Positions 1 through 13,927 of a DNA stretch of 64,000 nt are shown in pieces; position 1 is the first letter of the stretch; each line of letters starts with the position of its first letter. The stretch lies in NCBI RefSeq assembly GCF_009914755.1, contig NC_060937.1; one strand, 5' to 3'. Origin of the DNA: the human T2T-CHM13v2.0 reference genome, Homo sapiens. A program made the position numbers and the translations under genes. The notes under the pieces are model-generated. The model was not told the origin of the DNA, did no database searches, and saw nothing but the letters and a program-made list of their open reading frames with translations.

Positions 1-206
1 AAGACCTTGGCCCATGAGGGCTGCGTAAGACAGGGTGGCTCGGGCCTGGGGTGCTGGGCCCCAGGTCTCCCTGCAGCCCTGAACGATGCTCTCAGCAGCA
101 GGTACAGGTCTCCGTTCCGACGAACGTGCCTCAAGGCAACACTCTGGGCAAGAGCTTTTGATGCAGGTTCTGAGGCAGCTGCCTAACACCGCTCTCCTTT
201 CCGCAG

Positions 207-329
207 TGTGCAGGAGAAGAGAATTGGGTGGACAGCAGGACCATCTACGTGGGACACAGGGAGCCACCTCCGGGCGCAGAGGCCTACATCCCACAGAGAT
301 ACCCAGACAACAGGATCGTCTCGTCCAAG
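207..329 (+). CDS. ATP11A: ATP11A exon 2 (123 nt, phase 0-0): [41 protein letters not shown]
   Basis: Acceptor ctcctttccgcag|TGT and donor AAG|gtaact; P4-ATPase N-terminal DNRIVSSKY motif. Confidence 0.96.
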
Positions 330-960
330 GTAACTTGGCTTGGTTCTGAGTGTCCATAATGTGTCTAAAAAGCAGCTGCCGGGGGGTGTTAGTGCTTCTC
401 GGTTTCAAAGAGCGGCTCTGCTCCTGGCCCTGCTGTCACAGCCACCAGCCACCCCCAGCAAGGGCTTCGGATCAGGACCTCACCGAGGGCGCTACTCTCT
501 CCCTCTCGGTGACTGCCCACAGGAGGCTTTCCACCTGCCCAGGGCTCACAGCGCAGTGTCTCCATTCTCGGGTGACCGTGCCACAGAGGCAGTGCAGGTC
601 TGAAGTCCAGGATCCAAACCCTACCCAGGTCCCACTTCTGAGGCGCCTGGCCACGTGCTTGTCGTGGGCCACCCTGGCCAGAGTCTCAGTGCCAGTAAGG
701 TAGAAACGATACCAGCCACCCCGGAGAAAGAGCCAACAAACGCAGGCTGGACAGCAAAACCTGGGGGGAAATCTTTGAGCTTGTTCACGAGGTGCAGCCC
801 AGGTAAAGCGTAGGAAGCACAAGCAGAGTGCCGCGGTCTAAACGAAGCGTGTTTCTCTCCATGGACTGGAGCGTGGAAGTGCACACACATTTCCCACGTT
901 CAGAGAGTGACCTGGAAACAGGTCTTAAGAACAAGGTGGAAATTTAGCTGCTGCCATTAA

Positions 961-1829
961 ACATGGGGTAAACTGCGCTTTCCAGGTAATGCGGAACGCA
1001 CGTGCCTGCGTTCAGACTCCGTTTATCTTCACCGTCCTTCAAAATGGATGAGCTAAACCCAGGCACACGCGTGGACGGGCTGCACATGGGGTAAACTGTG
1101 CTTTCCAGGTAATGCGGAACGCACGTGCCTGCGTTCAGACTCCGTTTATCTTCACCGTCCTTCAAAATGGATGAGCTAAACCCAGGCACACGCGTGGACG
1201 GGCTGCACATGGGGTAAACTGTGCTTTCCAGGTAATGCGGAACGCACGTGCCTGCGTTCAGACTCCGTTTATCTTCACCGTCCTTCAAAATGGATGAGCT
1301 AAACCCAGGCACACGCGTGGACGGGCTGCACATGGGGTAAACTGTGCTTTCCAGGTAATGCGGAACGCACGTGCCTGCGTTCGGACTCCATTTATCTTCA
1401 CCGTCCTTCAAAATGGATGAGCTAAACCCAGGCACACGCGTGGACGGGCTGCACATGGGGTAAACTGTGCTTTCCAGGTAATGCGGAACGCACGTGCCTG
1501 CGTTCAGACTCCATTTATCTTCACCGTCCTTCAAAATGGATGAGCTAAACCCAGGCACACGCGTGGACGGGCTGCACATGGGGTAAACTGTGCTTTCCAG
1601 GTAATGCGGAACGCACGTGCCTGCGTTCAGACTCCATTTATCTTCACCGTCCTTCAAAATGGATGAGCTAAACCCAGGCACACGCGTGGACGGGCTGCAC
1701 ATGGGGTAAACTGTGCTTTCCAGGTAATGCGGAACGCACGTGCCTGCATTCATACTCCATTTATCTTCACCGTCCTTCAAAATGGATGAGCTAAACCCAC
1801 GCACACGCGTGGACGGGCTGCACATGGGG
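961..1829. repeat. Minisatellite, 123 bp unit, 7 near-identical copies plus a partial copy
   Basis: acatgggg recurs at 961, 1084, 1207, 1330, 1453, 1576, 1699 and 1822. Units 1-3 read ctccGttt and units 4-7 read ctccAttt. Confidence 0.97.
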
Positions 1830-1869
1830 ATGCCTGTGGCGGCCCACCATTCACACGTGTGCCCTCACC

Positions 1870-4800
1870 TGTAGACGCATTTAATTTACATTGGGTGTCC
1901 TGCCGTGTAAACTTCTGTGGAGACCTACTTAATTCACACCAAGTGTCCTGATGTGTAGACCCCTGCGATAGACCTACTTAATTCACACCGGTGTCCTGAC
2001 GTGTAGACCCCTGTGGAGACCTACTTAATTCACACCGGGTGTCCTGATGCGTAGACCCCTGTGGAGACCTACTTAATCCACACCGGGTGTCCTGATGCGT
2101 AGACCCCTGTGGATACCTACTTAATTCACACGGGGTGTCCTGATGCGTAGACCCCTGTGGAGACCTACTTAATTCACACCGGTGTCCTGACGTGTAGACC
2201 CCTGTGGAGACCTACTTAATTCACACCGGGTGTCCTGATGCGTAGACCCCTGTGGAGACCTACTTAATTCACACCAAGTGTCCTGATGTGTAGACCCCTG
2301 TGGATACCTACTTAATTCACACCGGGTGTCCTGATGCGTAGACTCCTGTGGATACCTACTTAATTCACACCGGGTGTCCTGATGTGTAGACCCCTGTGGA
2401 GACCTACTTAATTGACACCGGGTGTCCTGATGCGTAGACTCCTGTGGAGACCTACTTAATCCACACCAGTGTCCTAATGTGTAGACCCCTGTGGAGACCT
2501 ACTTAATTCACACCAGGTGTCCTGATGTGTAGACCCCTGTGGAGACCTACTTAATTCACACCGGGTGTCCTGATGCGTAGACTCCTGTGGATACCTACTT
2601 AATTCACACCGGTGTCCTGATGCGTAGACCCCTGTGGAGACCTACTTAATCCACACCGGGTGTCCTGATGCGTAGACTCCTGTGGAGACCTACTTAATCC
2701 ACACCGGGTGTCCTGATGCGTAGACCCCTGTGGAGACCTACTTAATTCACACCAAGTGTCCTGATGCGTAGACCCCTGTGGAGACCTACTTAATCCACAC
2801 CGGTGTCCTGATGCGTAGACCCCTGTGGAGACCTACTTAATCCACACCGGGTGTCCTGATGCGTAGACCCCTGTGGAGACCTACTTAATCCACACCGGGT
2901 GTCCTGATGCGTAGACCCCTGTGGAGACCTACTTAATCCACACCGGGTGTCCTGATGCGTAGACCCCTGTGGAGACCTACTTAATCCACACCGGGTGTCC
3001 TGATGCGTAGACCCCTGTGGAGACCTACTTAATTCACACCGGGTGTCCTGATGTGTAGACCCCTGTGTAGACCTACTTAATCCACACCGGGTGTCCTGAT
3101 GCGTAGACCCCTGTGGAGACCTACTTAATTCACACCGGGTGTCCTGATGCGTAGACTCCTGTGGAGACCTACTTAATCCACACCGGGTGTCCTGATGTGT
3201 AGACCCCTGTGGAGACCTACTTAATTCACACCGGTGTCCTGACGTGTAAACCCCTGTGGAGACCTACTTAATTCACACCGGTGTCCTAATTCACACCGGT
3301 GTCCTGATGTATAGACCCTTGTGGAGACCTACTTAATTCACACCAGTGTCCTCATGTGTAGACCCTTGCGGAGACCTACTTAATTCACACTGGGTGTCCT
3401 GATGCGTAGACTCCTGTGGAGACCTACTTAATTCACACCGGATGTCCTGATGTGTAGACCCCTGTGGAGACCTACTTAATTCACACCAAGTGTCCTGATG
3501 TGTAGACCCCTGTGGATACCTACTTAATTCACACCGGGTGTCCTGATGCGTAGACTCCTGTGGAGACCTACTTAATCCACACCGGGTGTCCTGATGTGTA
3601 GACTCCTGTGGAGACCTACTTAATCCACACCGGGTGTCCTGATGTGTAGACCCCTGTGGATACCTACTTAATTCACACCGGGTGTCCTGATGTGTAGACC
3701 CCTGTGTAGACCTACTTAATCCACACCGGGTGTCCTGATGTGTAGACCCCTGTGGAGACCTACTTAATTCACACCAAGTTCCTGATGTGTAGACTCCTGT
3801 GGAGACCTACTTAATTCACACTGGGTGTCCTGACGTGTAGACTCCTGTGGAGACCTACTTAATTCACACCGGGTATTCTGACATGTAGACCCCTGTGGAG
3901 ACCTACTTAATTCACACTGGTGTCCTGACGTGTAGACCCCTGTGGAGACCTACTTAATTCACACCGGTGTCCTAATTCACACCGGTGTCCTGATGTATAG
4001 ACCCTTGCGGAGACCTACTTAATTCACACCGGTGTCCTCATGTGTAGACCCTTGCGGAGACCTACTTAATTCACACCGGGTGTCCTGATGCGTAGACTCC
4101 TGTGGATACCTACTTAATTCACACCGGTGTCCTGATGCGTAGACTCCTGTGGAGACCTACTTAATTCACACCTGTGTCCTGATGTGTAGACCCCTGCGGA
4201 GACCTACTTAATTCACACCGGGTATTCTGACATGTAGACTCCTGTGGAGACCTATTTAATTCACACCGGGTGTCCTGATGTGTAGACCCCTGTGGAGACC
4301 TACTTAATTCGCACCTGGCATCCTGACGTGTAGACTCCTATGTAGACCTATTTAATTCACACCGGGTGTCCTGGCGTGTAAACCCCTGTGTAGATCTACT
4401 TAATTCACACCCAGCATCCTGACCTGTAGACCCCTGTGGCGACCTACTTAATTCACACCCGGCATCCTGACGTGTAGACTCCTATGTAGACCTATTTAAT
4501 TCACACCAGGAGTCCTGATATGTAGATCCCTGTGGAGACCTACTTAATTCACACCTGGCATCTTGACGTGTAGACTCCTATGTAGACATACTTAATTCAC
4601 ATTGAGCATCCTGACATGTAGACCCCTGTGTAGACCTACTTCATTTACACCAGGTGTCCTGATGTGTAGACCCCTGTGTAGACCTACTTAATTCACACCG
4701 GGTGTCCTGATGTATAGACCCTTGTGGTAGACCTACTTAATTCACACCGAGTGTCCTGATGTGTAGACTCCTGTGGAGACCTACTTAATTCACACCAGGT

Positions 4801-6270
4801 GTCCTGATGTGTAGACCCCTGTGGATACCTACTTAATCCACACCGGGTGTCCTGATGCGTAGACTCCTGTGGAGACCTCCTTAATCCACACCAGGTGTCC
4901 TGATGTGTAGACCTCTGTGGAGACCTACTTAATTCACACCGAGTGTCCTGACGTGTAGACCCCTGTGGAGACCTACTTAATTCACACCGGTGTTCTGACA
5001 TGTAGACCCCTGTGGAGACCTACTTAATTCACACCGGTATCCTGACATATAGACCCTTGCGGAGACCTACTTAATTCACACCAGTGTCCTGATGTGTAGA
5101 CCCTTGCGGAGACCTACTTAATTCACACCGGGTGTCCTGATGCGTAGACTCCTGTGGATACCTACTTAATTCACACCGGTGTCCTGACGCGTAGACCCCT
5201 GTGGAGACCTACTTAATTCACACCGGGTATTCTGACATGTAGACCCCTGTGGAGACCTACTTAATTCACACCGGGTATTCTGACGTGTAGACCCCTGTGG
5301 AGACCTACTTAATTCACACCGGGTGTCCTGATGTGTAGACCCCTGTGGAGACCTACTTAATTCACACCGGGTGTCCTGATGTGTAGACTCCTGTGGAGAC
5401 CTACTTAATTCACACCGAGTGTCCTGACGTGTAGTAGACCCCTGTGGAGACCTACTTAATTCACACCGGTGTCCTGATGTGTAGACCCCTGTGGAGACCT
5501 ACTTAATTCACACCTGGCATCCTGACGTGTGGACTCCTATGTATACCTATTTAATTCACACCGGGTGTCCTGGCGTGTAAACCCCTGTGTAGATCTACTT
5601 AATTCACACCCAGCATCCTGACCTGTAGACCCCTGTGGCGACCTACTTAATTCACACCCGGCATCCTGACGTGTAGACTCCTATGTAGACCTATTTAATT
5701 CACACCAGGAGTCCTGATATGTAGATCCCTGTGGAGACCTACTTAATTCACACCCGGCATCTTGACATGTAGACTCCTATGTAGACATACTTAATTCACA
5801 TTGAGCATCCTGACGTGTAGACCCCTGTGTAGACCTACTTAATTCACACCGGGTGTCCTGCCATGTAGACTTCTGTGTAGACCTACTTAATTCACACCGG
5901 GTGTCCTGATGTGTAGACCCCTGTGGAGACCTGCTTAATTCACACCGGGTATTCTGACATGTAGACTCCTGTGGAGACCTACTTAATTCACACCGGGTGT
6001 CCTGATGTGTAGACCCCTGTGGAGACCTGCTTAATTCACACCGGGTATTCTGACATGTAGACTCCTGTGGAGACCTACTTAATTCACACCGGGTGTCCTG
6101 ATGTGTAGACCCCTGCGATAGACCTCCTTAATCCACACCGGGTGTCCTGATGTGTAGACCCCTGCGATAGACCTCCTTAATCCACACCGGGTGTCCTGAT
6201 GTGTAGACTCCTGTGGAGACTTACTTAATTCACACTCAAGCATCCTGGCATGTAGACCCCTGTGGTTCTT
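1870..6270. repeat. Large minisatellite, 47-48 bp unit (gtagacccctgtggagacctacttaattcacaccgggtgtcctgatgt), roughly 90 copies
   Basis: Continuous periodic recurrence over about 4.4 kb with variant units; copy number estimated as length divided by period. Confidence 0.97.
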
Positions 6271-8652
6271 AATTATTTATGTGCTCTTGAAGAGTTGCAC
6301 ATTTTTAAAGAATATTTTACAACAGAAAAGGTCACCTTTTCAAAGCCTTTTTTATGGGATTAATTTGTAACTACAGGATTGCAAAAAATTTTAATAGCTT
6401 TAACCTCTAGAAACAGGATATGTAAATGCTGAAAAACAAAGTCCCAACCAGATAAGTCCTGTGGGTGGTTTCCCAGTCATGATTCATGGAAGGAGAAATG
6501 TACTGATGAGAAATCACATCCAAAATATTGTCTCTGCAGTGGTAATACTTACAAAGTCGACGCAGTCTCAGGCGGAGCTCACTGAAGATGGTTTCCAAGC
6601 TTATATGTACTTCACCCATCCCCCACCCTCCAGCCCAAAACAAATCCCAAACATACTGCTTAGAACTCAGCCTGCGCAGCCCAGAGGTACAGAGAGGCAG
6701 GAAGCACCCAGGTGTCCACATACGGTGCCATTGTGGACTTGTAGGGCAGGATTCCAGGATATGGGTGATGGGCGTGTGGAACCGCGGCGCCCCCTGCACA
6801 GTGTGGCTCATTTGAGCCGGATGGGGGCCGTGAAGGCATCACCCAGCCTGCCCCCTGGGAGCTGGCTTCTCCCTTCCTGGGGCGGAGCTCGCCCGACAGC
6901 CCCACATGCCTGGTTCTCCCTGCAGATGAGGGTGCTGTGTGGGGTCACAGGGAAGAAACCAGCAGCAGCGGCAGAGCTTGATCCAGGCATTGGAGGAGGG
7001 TCCTGGTACCCCTGGCAGGGGCTGGCGGGAAGCTGCACTTCTGTCATTGCCCATGGCGGCTTTGGAGGAGATGACAGAGCATGGCGAATTCTGCCTCCCA
7101 CTCCTGACCCCTCTGCTGTGTCATTCAAGTTTTGTCCTTTTCCTACTGTCCGTTTCGAACGTCACTGCAGGCAGTGGCCTCGGTGGCTTCGCTCCGCCTG
7201 GCCCTGCTCCCTGGCTCTGTGCTACCCTCTCTCCCCCTCGGCTGGGCCCTTCCTCTCCGCTGCTCCCTGTGGAACTGGAGCCCCTCAAGGTCTCTTCAGT
7301 TTCTGATCCGGGGAGCCCTGCAGGTTGTCAGGATGGGTTTTGTGGGCTTATTGCTGCTTTCCAGGACCTTTGAGAAGCCGTAAGTCTCCTTCCTACCAGG
7401 AAGCCCTCGCTCAGGAACGCACAGACCGGGGTCAACAGGCTCTCAGGAGCGCCGTCTGCGTGCAGGTGGAGGGTGTGGCGGGGCCAGGAGAGCACTTGGC
7501 CGCCTTTCATCTCAACCTCTGAGGACAGAAGGGGGCTCTCAAATCCGCCCATGCATTGAGATCTTCGCTCTTCACAGAGGTGGGATTAGTAGCTTAGTCT
7601 CAGTTTCAAGTGGATGAGGTTGTGTAATTTCAAGGGAAAATTACATCCGGCAATACCTCTTTTGCTAATGGAACTCAGGAAGGAAAGGCCCTCAGAAAGG
7701 CTGGAGTCTGGAATCTAGGCAGGTAGCTGGCCTGACAGTAACCTTGATCCAGGTAAACCAAAGTGGAATTCTCGAGCCTGGAATTGATGACTCATAATTG
7801 TTTTCATTTAACAGCTCAGGATGTGTGAAAAAAAAATGCTGTTTAATTTGTAAGACCTAAGTTTACGACTGATTTTGGAGAATACATTTGTGATAATGTA
7901 TCTATGTTTTCCTGGGGTGGCGGAGGAAATGATTTCTACCTAAAAAAAAGAAATGCTAGTAGTTAAGACTTTTTAAGTGCCACAGAAGCTTGTTCTCAGC
8001 AAGTTTGCTTTTATGAAATCAAAGGATGAAAGCCTTTGTCATGGAAGAAGTCGTAATAGAGGATGAAAATGCTGTCGGGTTATTTTTAACTTCTCATCTG
8101 TTTGACGGAAGTGCAGTTACTGGTGATAGGTGATGATAGAGTTTGTTTCCTTCTTGGGGGAGAGACTTTGGGCAGTGTCAAAACCTGAAATGACAGCCCA
8201 GCACGCCCCGTTCCCTGCTTCCTGTGCTGTGCAGAGCTCCCCCAGGCCTGCTTGCACCCCCCACGTGGGGAATCCTGAACTCCACAAAGGGATGGATCAC
8301 TGCATGCCTCCTTTTCCAGATTTGTACTTTGGGGCACAGAATTCACATGGTTCCCAGCTTTGCCCACAGGAGGCTACAGAATTAAATGTTGGCTTAGCCT
8401 ATACTGTCCCTCCATGCCTTCAAGAAAGTTGAATCCTTCTGGTAATTGGGGAGAAAAAATTCCCTCTGCAATTCGTAGGTATAGCCAGTGTTTTCATGAC
8501 TTCTATTTGTATAAATGATTTCCATGTTTATTATATCATGTAATCTCTAAAACAACCCTGTGAGCCCACCAATACTGATTATTACCAATGTATCCATGAG
8601 GAAGCTGAGGCTTAGAGCTCAGTCATGTGCCTGAGGCCACAGAAGAGGATAG

Positions 8653-9003
<351 letters not shown>

Positions 9004-10088
9004 AGGGGCACGTTTCTTAACAGCCCCTCTGGGTGCTCACGAATTTCCGGCATCAGCAATCCACCATCCTGGCATAATTTTCTGTGTTTTGCATCCCTGC
9101 CTCCCGGTCATAAACAAAAGAGTGACCTCAGTTCCATGCGAGTGGCTGCTTGTCCCAAGCAGATGGGTGTCCGGCGTCCCCGCCTTTTTCAGGACTGTCA
9201 GGTGGGCCCTGTGGTGCTGGAGCTGTGTTCAGGTGAACACTAGTTGAGGCTTCAGACAGCTTGTAGGTGCTCCTGCGGGCGCCTGGGCTGCTGGCAGGGG
9301 ACAGTGCCCGGGTTCGTCTCGCAGCCAGAGGCCAGAGGCAGGCCAGGTGAGGCCATGCTCTTCCCTGTCTGCACACCACACTGCTGGCAAGTAACACAAA
9401 ACAGAGACTGGCTACCCCAAGGGGCAGGAGGCAGCGGAAACCTGAGGCTCAGACACTAGTGAGGCGTTCCAGCTCAGGGCCAAAATCAGAGCCAGGGCAG
9501 CTGTGGACTCTGGCTATGGCGTCTGTCGTACAAGTGAGAAACGAAAAGAATGACTGTCCCGTGTCATTCAGCAAAACACATGGTGTCTTTGGAGGTGAAG
9601 AGAGGTGCCAAGCACCACTCGGTTTTCCCAGATTTCCTGTAGGAGGAAAACCACTTGGTTCTATGCTGTGGCTTTCACGCCAGGAGCTCCTAGGATTGAG
9701 GACGTCTACTGATTGTATCACAGTCGAAGGGCCCAGTGTTACATTACATTGTGTCCCCAGGCAAATACTTACATTTTTACAATTCAACAACGATGAGCGA
9801 AGGATAACTGTCCACCATTGTCAGCCTTCCCACTCTAACGTGTGGAATAAAATGCTCATTTCAGTTGATTGTATCCCGATGGTACTGCTGTGTCAGTGCA
9901 GTCACGACCCTTTAAATGAGTTCCCTGGGATTTCACTTTTCTTGTTAGACATCACCAGGAATTAATAACCCTCCTTTTGACAATAGTAGTGGTCAGCAGT
10001 AATAACTTACTCTGTGAAACATAGAGATTACACAGCATCATGGGGCTTGGCTGCAGCCCTCAGTGCCTGATTAGAATAAAGCAATTGA

Positions 10089-10417
<329 letters not shown>

Positions 10418-10463
10418 TCAAATTCCAAAGCTGTACAGTAACATTCAAATATGGCAAGGCCCT

Positions 10464-10841
<378 letters not shown>

Positions 10842-11756
10842 TCATATTTTATCTCATAAATATTACCAGAACTTCCTCGTGTAACATGGGAACTTTCAAA
10901 ACCATAGAGAGGAGCATTGTAAATCTCTGTGGCTCGTCTCCACTGTCACAGTTCCCAGCTTGTGGCCAGCCTGTTGCATCTGCACCTTCACTGTAGTTCC
11001 AAGGGTCCTTTGGAAGGAATCCTGGACAGCGTGTACTTTTCATCTGAAAGTACTTCAGTAAATGAAAGGTGGAATTTTAAGTAGACTCTTTTTTCATTAA
11101 TGTGACTTTGTTACTGAGTGATGTATTATAGAAATTTGTGGAAACGTATAATTGTAATAAATTTGTTGGCTTGGATGCTGGAAAGTAAGACTGGCCTCAC
11201 ATGGGTGAGCTAAGGTATTTCTTTAATGTATCCTTTTAAAAGCTAATGGAGAGTAACTGACTTTTTCATTGTGGCCCATTTGAGAGAAAATATATCTTTC
11301 TCAAATATTTAAAAAGGTCGATCACATGTGTAATGTTTGCCAAGTTGTATACACAAGAAAACTAGAACTCAGAATCATTAAATAATTTGCTGAAGTTTAC
11401 ATGGTTTTTAAATGGCAGGGTCAGGATCGAATATGGGGACTGACTCTGAAGTCTATGTGTTTCATAGTATGCTAAAGAGTAAATATTTCCAGAATTTCGA
11501 TAGAGTACCTAAATTATCTTGAGGTGGGGTTAGCAAATTGTGAATTAAGATTGTGGTTTTTGTAAAGGAAGAAAGTGCCTATACTTTTATTGGCAATCTG
11601 GTGTTTTTGTTTGCTTTTTTTCTGAATGAGAAACAAAAGAAATGAAGAGCTAGCCATGTGTTCTCTACTCTGTCTCAGTTTGTATGGCTACTTTTCCATC
11701 CAGAGCTCTTGCCTTTTGGTTCTCAATTTGGTTGCATTCCCATGAAGAAAACCTAG

Positions 11757-12206
11757 TGTGGCAGGCAGAAGGATGGCCTCCCACAGATGTCCACATCCTG
11801 ATCCCCAGAACCTCTGACTATGACACTGTCTGTGGCCAGGGAATCAAGATTGCCAAACAGCTGACATTAAAATAGGGAGGTGATTATAGAACTATTCATG
11901 TGGCCAAAAGTAACCACAGAGGCACTTGTAAGTGGAAGAGGGAGGCAGAACAGACTGTCCGAGCTACGACTGGCTTCAGAGGTTGAAGGGGACCAAAGGA
12001 TGTAGGCAGCCTCTGCAGGAAGCAAGAAAAGGCAAGAAAAGTTTCTCCCTGGAGCCTCCAGGAAGGAACCAGCCCTGCTGATACTTTAATTTTAACCCAG
12101 TGAATCCCATTGCAAACTTCTGACCTCCAGAACAGTAAGGTAATAAATTTGCATTGTTTTAAGTCACAAAGTGGAATTTGTTATAGCAGCATAAGAAACT
12201 CATACA
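11757..12206 (+). mobile_element. MaLR LTR, MLT1D-like
   Basis: Starts tgtggcaggcagaaggatggcctcccacagatgtccacatcctgatcccc and ends ...gttatagcagcataagaaactcataca, like MLT1 LTR termini. Confidence 0.8.
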
Positions 12207-12400
12207 CCTGTCCTAACTACTTTGGGGATTTATAATACAGACTGTACGGAGATTGACGCGGTGTCAAAGGACCCGTGACCTTGAGACATGCCCATAGAAT
12301 CATACACCTGCCCTAGCCACATCGGGGATTTGTAATACAGGCTGCTCAGAGACTGACGTGGTGTGCAAAGGACCCGTGACCTTGAGACATGTCCATAGAA
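12201..12400. repeat. Diverged two-copy tandem duplication, about 100 bp
   Basis: catacacctg at 12201 and 12301; both copies carry aaaggacccgtgaccttgagacatg. Confidence 0.85.
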
Positions 12401-12480
12401 ACTTTCCAAACTGAAGAGCAAAGAGGAAAAAAGAGTGAAGAAACAGAACAGAACTGTGGACAACTACAATAGGTGAAGCA

Positions 12481-12920
<440 letters not shown>

Positions 12921-13349
12921 TCAGAGATAAATACAAAAGCAGAATAAATTTTTTAAAAAGGGTACACCTAGACATATCACATTTAAATTGCAGAAAATTA
13001 GACTCAGAAAAAATCTTGAAAGAAGCCACAGGAAAAGAACATTTTACCTGCTGAGAAACAAGGGTAAGAATTATATCAAACTTTCTTCCAGAAACCATCT
13101 AAGGAAGAAAAGAATAATGTAAAATATTTAAAGTGTTGAAAGAAAAAGCCAGCAACCCAGAATTCTGTATCTCATAAAATTATCCTTCATTCGTGAAGGA
13201 GAAATAAAGACTTTTTCAGGCAAACAAAAATTGAGCGAATTCATTGCCAGTAGACCTCCCTTGCAAGAAATGTTAAAAGTTCTTCAGAAAGAAGGAAAAT
13301 TATATAGGTCAGAAATTCAGGTCTACTTAGGAAAGAAGAACACAGCACT

Positions 13350-13753
13350 AAAGTGTGAGTTTTTGTGCTGTTACAACAGAATACCACAGACTGGGTAATT
13401 TATAGAGAAGAGACATTGATTTCCCCACAGTTCTAGAGTCTGGGAAGTCCAAGATCAAGACACTGGCAGGTTTGGTGTCTGGTGAGGGCCCCATCTCTGC
13501 TTCCAAGATGGCTCCTTGAGCACTGCATCCTCTGGAGTGGGGGAAGGCTGTGTCCTTATGTGGCAGAAGGCAAAAGGGCAAAGGGGCAAACTCCCTCTGC
13601 CGAGCCCTTTTATACAGGCACCTAATCCCATTCATGAGGGAGGAGCCCGCATGGCGGAATCAGAACTCTTGAAGGCCCCGCCTCCTGGGACCGTGACTAG
13701 TTGTCACATTGGCAACACCTGAATTTTGGAGGGGACACATTCAAACCATAGCA
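13350..13753 (-). mobile_element. MaLR LTR (MST/MLT1A-like) inserted in the L1
   Basis: ataccacagactgggtaattta...ggggacacattcaaaccatagca, the reverse complement of the TGCTATGGTTTGAATGTGTCCCC terminus. Confidence 0.82.
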
Positions 13754-13789
13754 AGAAGGAATAAGTGAAGGTAGTAAAATTAAATATTT

Positions 13790-13927
13790 TGCTTTTTTGT
13801 TGTTTTTTATTTCTTTTAGAGACGTGATCTCACCATGTTGCCCAGACGGGTTTAGAACTTCTGGGCTCAAGGGATCCACCGCCTCAGCCTCCTGAAGTGC
13901 TAGGATTACAGGGCACAGCACCCAGCT
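13790..13927 (-). mobile_element. FLAM/Alu monomer
   Basis: tttagagacg...ccatgttgcccag...ctgggctcaag...gcctcagcctcc...ggattacagg. Confidence 0.8.

Noticed and set aside
944-1825. 293 aa minus-strand ORF made of 41-aa repeats
   Set aside because: It follows from a 123 bp unit (a multiple of 3) lacking a stop in one frame. There is no recognisable domain or promoter evidence, and the match to the 123 nt length of exon 2 is coincidental, with no sequence similarity.
1870-6270. CRISPR-like regular repeats (also 59748-61073)
   Set aside because: Head-to-tail tandem units with no unique spacers and no cas genes, in a human intron.
6461-7306. 281 aa plus-strand ORF
   Set aside because: Begins at a GTG codon in GC-rich intronic DNA, with no recognisable homology and several overlapping ORFs on both strands, which is typical of chance.
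7787-7795. Isolated AP-1 palindrome ATGACTCAT
   Set aside because: A single short motif is expected by chance in 64 kb; an enhancer cannot be supported from sequence alone.
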